Source of the DNA: Candidatus Cloacimonadales bacterium
Lineage (GTDB): Bacteria; Cloacimonadota; Cloacimonadia; Cloacimonadales; JAIOQZ01
Direction: 5' to 3'
NCBI GenBank assembly: GCA_963674825.1
Contig: OY771587.1
Span: forward strand, 864,001 to 928,000
DNA length: 64,000 bases
The position numbers and the translations under genes are program-made. Every line of letters starts with the position of its first letter. Position 1 is the first letter of the stretch. Below are positions 51,906 to 61,648 of this stretch, piece after piece. The notes beneath the pieces are model-generated. The model was not told where the DNA came from. It ran no database searches and saw only the letters and a list, made by a program, of their open reading frames with translations.

Positions 51906-53282
51906 ATGCCAGAAAAAATCGGTAGAATTCTCGCAGTTGACGATAACGAAGATATCCTCATATCTCTGAAGCTCCTGCTCAAGCAGCAGGTGGAATCAAT
52001 CAGAACCGAACAGAATCCGCAACGGATACCCGAGATCTTAAAAGAAGAAAGCTACGACGTGATTCTGTTGGACATGAACTTCTCTTCCGACATGATCAGT
52101 GGAAAAGAAGGCTTCTATTGGCTGGAGCGAATCCTGGAGATCGATCCCGACGCTGTGGTTATCTTCATCACAGCATTCGGCGATGTGGAAAAAGCCGTTC
52201 GCGCTGTTCATTCCGGTGCGGCCGATTTCGTGTTAAAGCCCTGGCAGAACGAAAAGCTGCTGGTCACGATCCACAACGCAGTTCAGCTACGCAAGTCACG
52301 CCGCGAAGCTACCTCCTTGCGCGAGCGCCAGCAAGGGCTCAGTGAATCCTACGACCAGCCGTTCCACGATTTCATCGGCGTCTCGGAAGAGATGCGACGT
52401 GTGTTTTCCACCATTAAAAAAGTGGCTCACACGGATGCCAGCGTGCTGATCCTTGGCGAAAACGGAACCGGCAAGGAGCTTGTCGCTCGTGCATTGCATC
52501 GCAATTCCAAGCGCAAGGACGATGTCTTCGTTAACGTCGATCTCGGCTCCATCAGCGAAACGCTCTTCGAGAGCGAGCTCTTCGGGCATGTCCGTGGCGC
52601 ATATACCGATGCCAAGAAAGATCGCCCCGGGCGCTTCGAGATAGCCTCCGGCGGAACGCTGTTCCTTGACGAGATCGGAAACCTCTCCATGCCGCTCCAG
52701 GCTAAGCTACTGACCGTCATCGAGAAAGGCGAGGTGATCCGTGTGGGAAGCAACCGTCACATTCCGGTCGATGTACGCCTCATCTGCGCGACTAACATGC
52801 CGGTGCATCAGCTTACTAAGGAGAAGCGTTTCCGCCAGGACCTTCTCTATCGCATCAACACCATTGAAATCCACCTGCCGCCGCTTCGTGACCGTATCGA
52901 GGATATCCCACTCCTGGCGAACCACTTCCTCAAACGACTGGTAAAGAAATACGGCAAGAATGTCACCGGAATCAGCAGCAGCGCCATGAAAAAGCTGGAG
53001 CTTTATCACTGGCCCGGCAACGTTCGCGAACTTCAGCACGCTATCGAGCGTGCGATCATCCTGAGCGAATCCAGCCATCTGGAAGCAGGAGATTTCCTGC
53101 TCTCCACAAATGGTAAAGGTGCTGAGGAATTTGTTATCGAGACCTACAACCTCGAGGAAGTAGAGAAAAAGACGATCGAGAAGGTTATCCGCAAGTATAA
53201 AGGCAATATCACGCAGGCAGCTCGGGAGCTGGGCCTGACGCGCACATCGCTCTACCGCAGACTCGAGAAATACGGCCTATGA
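51906..53282 (+). CDS. Sigma54-dependent response regulator (NtrC/NtrX-like, FCB type)
   Basis: VDDNED, LLDMNF, KPW, GENGTGKE, ELFGHVRGAYTDA, WPGNVREL, LGLTRTSLYRRL. Confidence 0.93.
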   Translation: MPEKIGRILAVDDNEDILISLKLLLKQQVESIRTEQNPQRIPEILKEESYDVILLDMNFSSDMISGKEGFYWLERILEIDPDAVVIFITAFGDVEKAVRAVHSGAADFVLKPWQNEKLLVTIHNAVQLRKSRREATSLRERQQGLSESYDQPFHDFIGVSEEMRRVFSTIKKVAHTDASVLILGENGTGKELVARALHRNSKRKDDVFVNVDLGSISETLFESELFGHVRGAYTDAKKDRPGRFEIASGGTLFLDEIGNLSMPLQAKLLTVIEKGEVIRVGSNRHIPVDVRLICATNMPVHQLTKEKRFRQDLLYRINTIEIHLPPLRDRIEDIPLLANHFLKRLVKKYGKNVTGISSSAMKKLELYHWPGNVRELQHAIERAIILSESSHLEAGDFLLSTNGKGAEEFVIETYNLEEVEKKTIEKVIRKYKGNITQAARELGLTRTSLYRRLEKYGL

Positions 53283-54631
53283 AGCTTCGTAGCTTCCGGT
53301 TACAATGCGTATTGCGCGTAATGCTGCTCACGCTGACGATCTTCGGGTTCATCTACACCCTTCAGATTAATATCCCACTAGGATTGAAGGTAGTACTGAG
53401 CCTGGCTGTTATCATGCAGGTGTTCTTCCTGATCACCTATGTAGAGCGCACCAATCGGATGCTCACGACGTTCCTGAATTCGATCCGTTATTCGGAGTTC
53501 AGCAGCTCGTTTGAAGTTAAGGGACTCGGTTCTTCGTTCGATGTGCTCAAGAACTCCTTCAACAACGTTATCAACGATTTCCAGCGTATCAGCACTGATC
53601 GCGAGATTCACTATCACTATTTGAAAAACGTGGTGGAGCACGTAGGTATCGCGCTGCTAGCCTTCCGAAGCAACGGTGATGTGGAAATCTATAATAAGGC
53701 CGCGCAAAACCTCTTCCGCATGGATCACCTTAAGAACATCCATACGCTTGCCAGCTTCAGCCGTAGATTGTACGAGAAAATCATCACCCTGCGATCCGGT
53801 GAGAAAGCGATGGTTAAAATCCAATACCACGATGAACTGCTCCAACTGGCCATGTACGCAACCGAATTCAAGCTCATGGATCGGAAGATTATTCTGGTTT
53901 CCATCCAAAATATCCAAAGCGAAATGGAAGAGCAGGAGTTGGAAGCCTGGCAGAAGCTAATCCGTGTTCTCACCCACGAGATCATGAATTCCATCACACC
54001 CATCGCCTCGCTGTCGTCCACAATCAACCAGATGCTCGATCAGATCCACAGCGAAATCTGCGTGGATAGCGAACAAGAAGAGACTTTCAATGACATCCAC
54101 AGCGCGGTGCGGACCATCGAGCGGAGAAGTTCGGGGCTGCTGAAATTTGTGCAGTCGTACCGCAATTTAACCCGCATTCCCAAGCCGAACTTCACCATTT
54201 TTTCCATCCGGAGTTTGTTCGACAACTTGCAGAACCTCTTCGCGGAAGAGCTGCAAACCGCTGGTATCGAGCTCGCGATCAAGATCATTCCCGAGGAGCT
54301 GGAGCTCACCGCTGACGAAAGCATGATTGAACAGATCCTGATAAATCTTGTCCAGAATGCCAAGCACGCCCTTCGTGAACGCGAACATGGCAGAATCGGC
54401 ATTGCGGCGTTTGTCGGACCCAATGGCAGGCCAGCCATCCAGGTGTGGGATAATGGTTCCGGCATTCTGGAAGATGTTATCGATAAGATATTCATCCCGT
54501 TCTTCACGACCAAGCCTTCGGGAACCGGTATCGGGCTAGCGCTCGCACGGCAGATGATGAGGCTGCATGGCGGAACGATCAACGTCCGTTCTGTGATGGG
54601 GGTGGAGACAATCTTCACCTTGAAGTTCTAA
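53279..54631 (+). CDS. Membrane sensor histidine kinase (NtrY-like)
   Basis: 2 TM, PAS, WQKLIRVLTHEIMNSITPI, NLVQNA, DNGSG, GTGIGL; ATGA overlap with the regulator. Confidence 0.92.
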   Translation: MKLRSFRLQCVLRVMLLTLTIFGFIYTLQINIPLGLKVVLSLAVIMQVFFLITYVERTNRMLTTFLNSIRYSEFSSSFEVKGLGSSFDVLKNSFNNVINDFQRISTDREIHYHYLKNVVEHVGIALLAFRSNGDVEIYNKAAQNLFRMDHLKNIHTLASFSRRLYEKIITLRSGEKAMVKIQYHDELLQLAMYATEFKLMDRKIILVSIQNIQSEMEEQELEAWQKLIRVLTHEIMNSITPIASLSSTINQMLDQIHSEICVDSEQEETFNDIHSAVRTIERRSSGLLKFVQSYRNLTRIPKPNFTIFSIRSLFDNLQNLFAEELQTAGIELAIKIIPEELELTADESMIEQILINLVQNAKHALREREHGRIGIAAFVGPNGRPAIQVWDNGSGILEDVIDKIFIPFFTTKPSGTGIGLALARQMMRLHGGTINVRSVMGVETIFTLKF

Positions 54632-54691
54632 GCGTTTTTTTGTTGACATACAACAATATCTGAAGCAGACTTTTATTGGAGGAAAGCTGAA

Positions 54692-55801
54692 ATGAACATG
54701 GTCGACATATTACGAAACGTCAAATTTTTCGACTCGCTCAGCAATGATGAGCTGATGATCATCGCAGAGTATTTTCACGAGCTGCATCTTGCCGCTGGAG
54801 AAATCGTTTTCTCCGAAGGTGATGTCGGCGACAGCTTCTATATATTGAGAGAAGGTTCTCTGGAAATCACCAAACTCATTCGTCACGATCTCGAAACCCA
54901 GGCCGAGCTCAATACACTTGAACCGCTGGATTTCTTCGGTGAGATGGCACTGGTTGACGAAAGTCCTCGCTCTGCTACCGTTAAGGCTGTTACGGATGTT
55001 GTACTGCTGAAAATGGAAAAGCAGGACTTCCTTAATATCTGTCTGCAATACCCACAGGTTATCTTCCACCTGACCAAGACGATGTCCATTCACCTGCGAA
55101 ACACCAATCAGCAATTCGCGACCGTCTTGGAAAACCTCATCACGCGCAACAAGCTTGCCGCGATCGGCTCTGCGGCCAGCAAGATAGTACATGACATTAA
55201 AACGCCCATTACCGTCATCGTCCTCACCGCACAGCTTCTGGAAAGCATCTATCCCGACACCGCCAAATACATTAAGCGTATTGTGCACCAGACCAGCGTT
55301 CTCGACGATATGGTTCGTGAAATTCTAGACTTTGCCAAAGGCGAACGCATCATTCTGAGCATTGCCGAAATCGACATGGAAGAGCTATGTGCCGATATGG
55401 CGGATGACATGGATCCTATCGCAAAAGACCGCGGCATCAAACTGAGCATGATCAATCATGTGAAGAATCCCGTATTCATCGACCGGAAGCGCATCAAACG
55501 TACGCTGATCAACATCATCAAAAACGCGATCGAAGCGCTTGGAAGCTCCGGAAATGTAGTGGTCACCTGTCGCCAGGAAGGCGAGAAGCTTCATATATCG
55601 GTCTGTGATGACGGCCCCGGCATCCCGGAAGAAATCCTCCCTAATATTTTCGACGCATTCGTTACGAAAGGAAAAAGCAACGGCACCGGATTGGGACTGG
55701 CAATCTGCAAGAAGGTAGTCAACGATCATAAAGGCGAGATCATCGCGTCGAATTCCGACGACGGCGCTTGCTTCGATATCTTTCTGCCCATGCAGCAGTA
55801 G
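54692..55801 (+). CDS. cNMP-binding-domain histidine kinase
   Basis: FFGEMALVDESPRSATV (cNMP), VHDIKTP, NIIKNAIEA, DDGPGI, GTGLGL. Confidence 0.9.
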   Translation: MNMVDILRNVKFFDSLSNDELMIIAEYFHELHLAAGEIVFSEGDVGDSFYILREGSLEITKLIRHDLETQAELNTLEPLDFFGEMALVDESPRSATVKAVTDVVLLKMEKQDFLNICLQYPQVIFHLTKTMSIHLRNTNQQFATVLENLITRNKLAAIGSAASKIVHDIKTPITVIVLTAQLLESIYPDTAKYIKRIVHQTSVLDDMVREILDFAKGERIILSIAEIDMEELCADMADDMDPIAKDRGIKLSMINHVKNPVFIDRKRIKRTLINIIKNAIEALGSSGNVVVTCRQEGEKLHISVCDDGPGIPEEILPNIFDAFVTKGKSNGTGLGLAICKKVVNDHKGEIIASNSDDGACFDIFLPMQQ

Positions 55802-55935
55802 ATCGTAACGGCAATCATGCAGGACATCCAAACGTTTTACTACTGGGCGAATTACTTTCGTGCGATAAATTGCTTGCCATAAATTGGCGTATCTTTTTTC
55901 GTGACACGAAATAGAAATCATAACAGGTGGTTATC

Positions 55936-56127
55936 ATGTCAAGAATATGTGATGTATGTGGCAAACAGGCACAGGTTGGCAACAACCGCAGCCATGCCCT
56001 TAACGCGACCAAGCGTCGCTTCCAGCCGAATCTTTCCCGGATTCGTGCAGAAATCGAAGGTGAAGTGAAGAAGATTAACATCTGCGCTTCATGTCTCAAA
56101 GCCAATAAGGTACGTAAAGTCATCTAA
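55936..56127 (+). CDS. rpmB: 50S ribosomal protein L28
   Basis: [32 protein letters not shown]. Confidence 0.97.
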   Translation: MSRICDVCGKQAQVGNNRSHALNATKRRFQPNLSRIRAEIEGEVKKINICASCLKANKVRKVI

Positions 56128-56180
56128 CGCGACATCCTTTCGAGGAAAAATCGTAGAAGAAAATATTTGACTGAAAATCG

Positions 56181-56212
56181 AGCCCCTTTCAATTTGAAGG
56201 GGCTATTTTTTT
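56181..56212 (+). terminator. Intrinsic terminator after rpmB
   Basis: AGCCCCTT-TCAATTTG-AAGGGGCT-ATTTTTTT. Confidence 0.8.
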
Positions 56213-56259
56213 ATCAGGACAGTATTCGGTTGACAGAAATCCAGGCTTTGGAGGTACCA

Positions 56260-56742
56260 ATGCAGCTAATCACAGAAAGAATCAATGTACCGGAAGGATT
56301 AAATATCATCTACGGTATGTCACACTTCATTAAAACGGTAGAAGACCTCTACGAAGCGCTCGTCAACAGCTTCCCCGGCATCAAGTTCGGTCTGGCGTTC
56401 AATGAAGCGTCCGGTCCCTGCCTCATCCGCCACGACGGCACAGACAAAGAGCTGATCGATCTGGCGATAGAAAACCAGAAACGACTCGGCGCAGGCCACA
56501 CATTCCTCATTGTTCTCAAGGACTGCTTCCCTATCAATGTCATTCCGGCTATCAAGGATGTTCGTGAAATCGTAGGCATTCACTGCGCAACCGCCAACCC
56601 GGTGGAAGTCGTACTCGCGGAGACGGAGCAGGGCCGCGGCGTGTTGGGTGTGATCGACGGAGGATCGCCGAAGGGAGTCGAGACCGAAAAGGATATCGAG
56701 GAACGCAAGTCGCTGTTGCGTATGTTCGGATATAAACGGTAA
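56260..56742 (+). CDS. Adenosine-specific kinase family (DUF355)
   Basis: [52 protein letters not shown] before ATG 56260. Confidence 0.88.
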   Translation: MQLITERINVPEGLNIIYGMSHFIKTVEDLYEALVNSFPGIKFGLAFNEASGPCLIRHDGTDKELIDLAIENQKRLGAGHTFLIVLKDCFPINVIPAIKDVREIVGIHCATANPVEVVLAETEQGRGVLGVIDGGSPKGVETEKDIEERKSLLRMFGYKR

Positions 56743-57308
56743 TGCGCGTTTTCTTCGCATTCGAGCTCCCCGAACCGGTTCGCGACGAACTCGACCAACT
56801 TACACAAGAGCTGCGCAACATCATTCCGCGCGGTATCAAGTGGGTACGGCCAGATACGATGCATATCACCCTGCAATTTCTGGGTGATGTCTCACCGTCT
56901 CATATCCGCTATCTGGATCAGTCCGTCCAGGAGCTGCTCGATAATCAGGAGGAGTTCGAGATCTTCGAACCACAGATTGAGGCTGTTCCCAGCCGGAATC
57001 CACGCGTGATATGGGTACACTACCGGACGGACGAGAAGCGTATTTTCTCGCTTCCGGCAAAGATCCGCAGTCGCGCCGAAGAACTGGGCTACATATTAGA
57101 AAACAAGCCGATGAAGCTGCATGCCACCCTGGGCCGGGTTAAGTCGGTCGTTGACATGAATCAGGTAGCGAAGCTGCTGAGCTTCAAACCTACCATCACC
57201 AAATCAAATATCAACCAGGTAACATTATACAAAAGCGTGCTGCAGCCGGAAGGACCCGTCTATACCGCGATCAGCAGCTACGAACTACAAAGGAGGAACC
57301 ATGGCTGA
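56742..57308 (+). CDS. thpR: RNA 2',3'-cyclic phosphodiesterase (2H family)
   Basis: [30 protein letters not shown]. Confidence 0.93.
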   Translation: MRVFFAFELPEPVRDELDQLTQELRNIIPRGIKWVRPDTMHITLQFLGDVSPSHIRYLDQSVQELLDNQEEFEIFEPQIEAVPSRNPRVIWVHYRTDEKRIFSLPAKIRSRAEELGYILENKPMKLHATLGRVKSVVDMNQVAKLLSFKPTITKSNINQVTLYKSVLQPEGPVYTAISSYELQRRNHG

Positions 57309-58350
57309 AAAGGGCAAAGCAGATGCCTTGAAGACCGCGATGAATCAACTTGAGAAGAAATACGGAGTCGGAACCATCATGCGTATGGGCGATCGTCCCA
57401 AGCTCGATGTAGACGTCATCCCCACCGGTGCGATCAACCTCGACGCAGCCCTCGGAATCGGTGGAATACCCAAAGGCCGTATCACCGAAGTTTATGGCGC
57501 GGAAGCTTCCGGTAAGACAACTCTCACACTGCATATCGCCGCGGAAGCGCAGAAACAGGGCGGAACCATCGCCTTTATCGACGCAGAACACGCACTCGAT
57601 CCATTTTACGCACGCAAACTCGGCGTCGATACCGACAGCATGCTAATCTCGCAGCCCGACGGTGGCGAGCAAGCGCTTGAAATCGTGGAAACGCTGGTTC
57701 GCAGCAACGCGATCGACCTGATTATCGTTGACTCGGTGGCTGCGCTGGTTCCCCGTGCCGAAATCGAAGGTGAAATGGGCGATACCCATGTGGGACTCCA
57801 GGCTCGCCTGATGTCGCAAGCGCTTCGCAAACTTACCAGCATTGTCAGCAAATCGAATACCGCCGTGATCTTCATCAACCAGACCCGTATGAAGATCGGT
57901 GTACCGGCGTTTGTCAATCCGGAAACGACCACCGGTGGTGTTGCGCTGAAGTTCTATTCGTCGCTACGCATTGAAGTTCGCAACGCAGGTTCTATAAAGG
58001 ATACAAGCGGCGGAACGGTTAACATCGTCGGCCAGAAGACACGCGTCAAGATCGTGAAGAACAAATTCGCTCCGCCGTTTAAAACGGTCGAGTTCCCCAT
58101 TGTGTACGGTCAGGGCATCTCTCATCTGGACATTGTCCTCAACATCGCCGTCGACACGGATATTATCAAGAAAAGCGGCGCATGGTTCTCCTATGGCGAG
58201 ACACGTCTTGGCCAGGGCGCGGAAAAGACCAAAGACTTCCTGCGTGACAATCCTGAGATGCTTCTCGAAATCGAAGGGAAAGTCAAAGAAACGCTCAATC
58301 TGGTGATTGCTACCGAGTATGAAGACAATTCGGATTCGGAAGAAGAATAA
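57301..58350 (+). CDS. recA: Recombinase A
   Basis: [42 protein letters not shown]. Confidence 0.99.
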   Translation: MAEKGKADALKTAMNQLEKKYGVGTIMRMGDRPKLDVDVIPTGAINLDAALGIGGIPKGRITEVYGAEASGKTTLTLHIAAEAQKQGGTIAFIDAEHALDPFYARKLGVDTDSMLISQPDGGEQALEIVETLVRSNAIDLIIVDSVAALVPRAEIEGEMGDTHVGLQARLMSQALRKLTSIVSKSNTAVIFINQTRMKIGVPAFVNPETTTGGVALKFYSSLRIEVRNAGSIKDTSGGTVNIVGQKTRVKIVKNKFAPPFKTVEFPIVYGQGISHLDIVLNIAVDTDIIKKSGAWFSYGETRLGQGAEKTKDFLRDNPEMLLEIEGKVKETLNLVIATEYEDNSDSEEE

Positions 58351-58945
58351 AACGCAGTTCATCATTTCGGAAAACGATTTCGATTGGGGAGTGCTGCCGC
58401 TGGCAAATCTCCCCTTTTTCATCGATGTGAATTCCGGTGAACAGGAGATCGACGAAGACGATTTCAAGCTCCTCTTTGAGGAGATCAGAAAATATGCGTG
58501 GAATCGTCTCCTGGACTACCTCGCGCTTCGGGAACGAAGCCGCCGTGAAAGCCTCGATTATCTCATGAACCTCCCTGTCGAAGCGGAACTCACCAATGAA
58601 CTTGTCCAACGCGCCGAATCGAAGAAGTTTATCAGCGATACCCGTTTCGCAGAACTATACACCGAAAGCCTACTGCACAGGCAGAAGAGTCGCGAGGAGA
58701 TCCGTTACAAGCTGAAAGAAAAAGGCATCGACGAGATCCTGATCGACCAAACACTCGCGAAAATCGTCACCCCGGAGCAGGAAGCGGATGTGATCGATCA
58801 GAAGATTGATAAACTGCTCGTTCGGTACCGCGATTTGAAACCGAAACAGCAGATAGAGAAGATCCTCACTTCTTTATGCCGCAATGGTTTCAGCTACGAG
58901 GACGTGAAAGACAAGGTACGCATGAAGGTGTACGCTGGGAAATAG
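58319..58945 (+). CDS. recX: Regulatory protein RecX
   Basis: [31 protein letters not shown]; overlaps the recA 3' end. Confidence 0.85.
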   Translation: MKTIRIRKKNKTQFIISENDFDWGVLPLANLPFFIDVNSGEQEIDEDDFKLLFEEIRKYAWNRLLDYLALRERSRRESLDYLMNLPVEAELTNELVQRAESKKFISDTRFAELYTESLLHRQKSREEIRYKLKEKGIDEILIDQTLAKIVTPEQEADVIDQKIDKLLVRYRDLKPKQQIEKILTSLCRNGFSYEDVKDKVRMKVYAGK

Positions 58946-58959
58946 TTACGAGTCAAACC

Positions 58960-59290
58960 ACCAAACCCCAGCTTGCCATTTTTCCTATCTCCTTGGATCG
59001 CCAAGCCCCAGCTTGGCATCTCTTCTCTCCGAGCATCTCACACGCTCTCCGCGCAGCAGATTCGTTCGATCGCACCAGCCGTGGTGTTACACGACGAAGG
59101 CGTGTTCATTCACGGCGTGCGGGATCGGGCGAATATGCGCGTGGATGCAATCTGCAATGGCTGTCACCACTCCTTCCCCTTTTTCCAAAGGGGAAGGCCG
59201 GGATGGGCTTTCTCTACTCCCTCTTCCCGTTTGCGTATCATCCCGAGTAGCGAGGTACTAACGTATCGAGGGAGGGTCGGGGTAAGGACT
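58960..59290. repeat. Mosaic of REP-like palindromes
   Basis: gccaagc-ccca-gcttggc (59000-59017, degenerate copy at 58960), ccttccccttt-ttcc-aaaggggaagg (59172-59197), tatcatcccgag...tcgaggga (59236-59273). Confidence 0.6.
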
Positions 59291-59293
59291 TTT

Positions 59294-59321
59294 AAAAAAA
59301 AAGCCCGGCGAAAACCGGGCT
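59294..59321 (-). terminator. Intrinsic terminator
   Basis: AGCCCGG-TTTTCG-CCGGGCT-TTTTTTTT on -. Confidence 0.85.
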
Positions 59322-59345
59322 GAAAATGTATGATATCGATCAATT

Positions 59346-59840
59346 CTATTCGTCGAGGAACTTCTTGATCGACTCCACCTGTTCCTGCACATCCTTGATA
59401 CCATTCTGCGCGATGGTCAACTCAAGCTCGATGGTTTCCTGAAAGGAAAGGAAGCTTGCGACCCCGGCAACCGGCACATACCAGCTATATCGGTATGTTT
59501 GCAGAAAAGCGGGGTAGGTTTTACCTGTCTGAAGAAATGTAATAGGCTTAAGGCCCTCATAGCCCTCTGGAGGATTCAAGCGCTCGTATTTGATCTTGAT
59601 TTCATCACCCTCTTTCAGATCGGTCACGGTGCGGTAAACCTTATCAACGCGAGCCACGACATCGATGTTGCAAAATTCGCCGGGATCGCAATTTCCAGCT
59701 TTAACGGAAATAACGGTAATATCCACTCTTTCTGGAGCAATGTCCTGTGCTTCGAGGAATTCCATAGGTGGAATCTCGGCGGATATCACAGCAACTGCGG
59801 CAACCATTACCATCATCAATATCAAGCTTCTCAGGGTCAT
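59346..59840 (-). CDS. Secreted hypothetical protein
   Basis: Signal peptide, GAGGAGG SD, own terminator. Confidence 0.75.
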   Translation of the reverse strand: MTLRSLILMMVMVAAVAVISAEIPPMEFLEAQDIAPERVDITVISVKAGNCDPGEFCNIDVVARVDKVYRTVTDLKEGDEIKIKYERLNPPEGYEGLKPITFLQTGKTYPAFLQTYRYSWYVPVAGVASFLSFQETIELELTIAQNGIKDVQEQVESIKKFLDE

Positions 59841-59981
59841 AGATCCTCCTCATTTCAAAGCATTCATTAATATAATACCGATTTCGATTTTCCCGTCAAT
59901 AAAATAATCCGTCAACCATGTTTTTCCTGTTTTTTCTTTATGAGTACGGCTCAGAGATATTCGAACAACTTATTAACCAAT

Positions 59982-60012
59982 AAAAAAAGCCTGCCATCCA
60001 TAGATAGCAGGC
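59982..60012 (-). terminator. Intrinsic terminator after pepA
   Basis: GCCTGCTATC-TATG-GATGGCAGGC-TTTTTTT on -. Confidence 0.85.
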
Positions 60013-60036
60013 CCGAAAATATTCTATCGTAAGGAT

Positions 60037-61518
60037 TTAGGCTAAGTTCTTAACCAGCGCGTAAAGAAGCCTTACACCGCTCCCCGTTCCGCCGGACGGT
60101 CCGAATGTATTTTCGCTATCTGCGAAGGCTTTACCTGCGATGTCCAGATGCAGCCAGGGCTTGTCCTTCACAAAATCGCGAATGAACAGACCTGCAGTAA
60201 CGGTTCCGGCACCACGACCACCTGTATTCTTAAGGTCGGCGATGTCAGACTTGAGCTGATCGCGATATTCATCGTCGTGCGGGAGACGCCAGATGCGCTC
60301 GCCGCTGTAATCTGCGGCAGCCTCCAGCTTCTGATAAAGCTCATCGTTGTTGCTTAGGACACCAATGCGCACCTTACCCAGCGCGATAACGGCAGCGCCG
60401 GTCAGAGTCGCAATATCGACCACGCGTGCGGCCTTCTCTTTCTCGATCGCGTAAGTAACTGCGTCGATGAGAGTCAAGCGACCTTCCGCGTCAGTGTTGT
60501 CCACTTCGATGGTCTTGCCGGCCATGGAACCGATGATGTCGCCGTTGCGATAGGCGTGTCCGGACACCATGTTTTCACATGCTGCCACGACACCAACCAC
60601 GTTAACTTTCAGCTTCAGCTTCGCGATCATGCACATCGCCCCGATTACCGATGCGGATCCACCCATATCGCCCTTCATGGTGACCATGCCGGACGCTGGC
60701 TTGAGTGCGTATCCACCGCTGTCATAGGTGAGTCCCTTGCCGACCAGCGCGGTAATATTGTCTTTATCGCTGGGATTTCCCATCCAGCGCATGACAATCA
60801 ACCTCGGTGGATGATCCGAGCCCATTGCAACCGACCAGTAAGCATCCATCTTCATCTTCTGAATCTGCTTCTCGTCGAAAAGCTCTACTTCGAAACCATG
60901 TTCCTTTCCGGCCTTTTCCGCACGAGCAGCAAGCTCCATCGGCAGCAGCTCGTTAGCTGGTTCGTTGACCAGATCGCGCGCAAGACAGGTTGCCTTTGCT
61001 GCGATTTCAGCTTCCTTGATCACGGATGCAGAGACCTTCTCTGATCCGATGAAATCGACACTGCAAACCTTATCTTTCTTCTTATCGTTGCCAGTGGTTT
61101 TATATTTCTTGAATTCGTAAATTGCCAGTTCCATCGTCTCGATGAACATTCTTGCCGCTTCCGGGGCATCCCATTTGGCAGCCAGGCCATTGAGGAAGAT
61201 CGCCGCAGTTTCGCACTTGTCCCGCTTGATGGCTTTCGCCAGACCAGCTGCAGCTTTACGTAGTTTATTGCTGTTGGTCTCGTCTTTCTTTCCCAAGCCG
61301 ATAGCATAGATCGTTGTTGCGGGATCGATGAAGTTAACGGTCTTGACTTCGCCGCCATCCCATTTCCACTCTTTGCTTGCGGAAAGGTGTTTGAGCGCTT
61401 TCTTCACTGCTTCGGGGTAGTCGGTAACTTCCGGAGCCGCATCGGAGAATCCGAAAACGACCAGAAATTCCTGATCCTGATATTTGTCCGACCAATGATA
61501 TTTCACGTGAACCTCCAT
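60037..61518 (-). CDS. pepA: Leucyl aminopeptidase (M17)
   Basis: VGKGLTYDSGG, MKGDMGG, NTDAEGRL, ATLTGA, HLDIAG. Confidence 0.96.
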   Translation of the reverse strand: MEVHVKYHWSDKYQDQEFLVVFGFSDAAPEVTDYPEAVKKALKHLSASKEWKWDGGEVKTVNFIDPATTIYAIGLGKKDETNSNKLRKAAAGLAKAIKRDKCETAAIFLNGLAAKWDAPEAARMFIETMELAIYEFKKYKTTGNDKKKDKVCSVDFIGSEKVSASVIKEAEIAAKATCLARDLVNEPANELLPMELAARAEKAGKEHGFEVELFDEKQIQKMKMDAYWSVAMGSDHPPRLIVMRWMGNPSDKDNITALVGKGLTYDSGGYALKPASGMVTMKGDMGGSASVIGAMCMIAKLKLKVNVVGVVAACENMVSGHAYRNGDIIGSMAGKTIEVDNTDAEGRLTLIDAVTYAIEKEKAARVVDIATLTGAAVIALGKVRIGVLSNNDELYQKLEAAADYSGERIWRLPHDDEYRDQLKSDIADLKNTGGRGAGTVTAGLFIRDFVKDKPWLHLDIAGKAFADSENTFGPSGGTGSGVRLLYALVKNLA

Positions 61519-61648
61519 TCATGCTGATTTTTCTATCATTTGTGCCAGTATCGGACATCGTATCAATTTGTAAAGAAATTTACAGAGGTTCTTGTAGTGA
61601 TTGAATAGAGGCTGCACAGCAAACCAATATTCGTTATTTGTCTCCAAG

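Noticed and set aside
58876..59323. Three small plus-strand ORFs downstream of recX
   Set aside because: They run through palindromic repeats and have no SD or protein motifs.
55861..61550. Other TGGCA/TGGCG sites (near 55875, 55885, 61545) as sigma54 promoters
   Set aside because: None has GC at the required 10-nt spacing.
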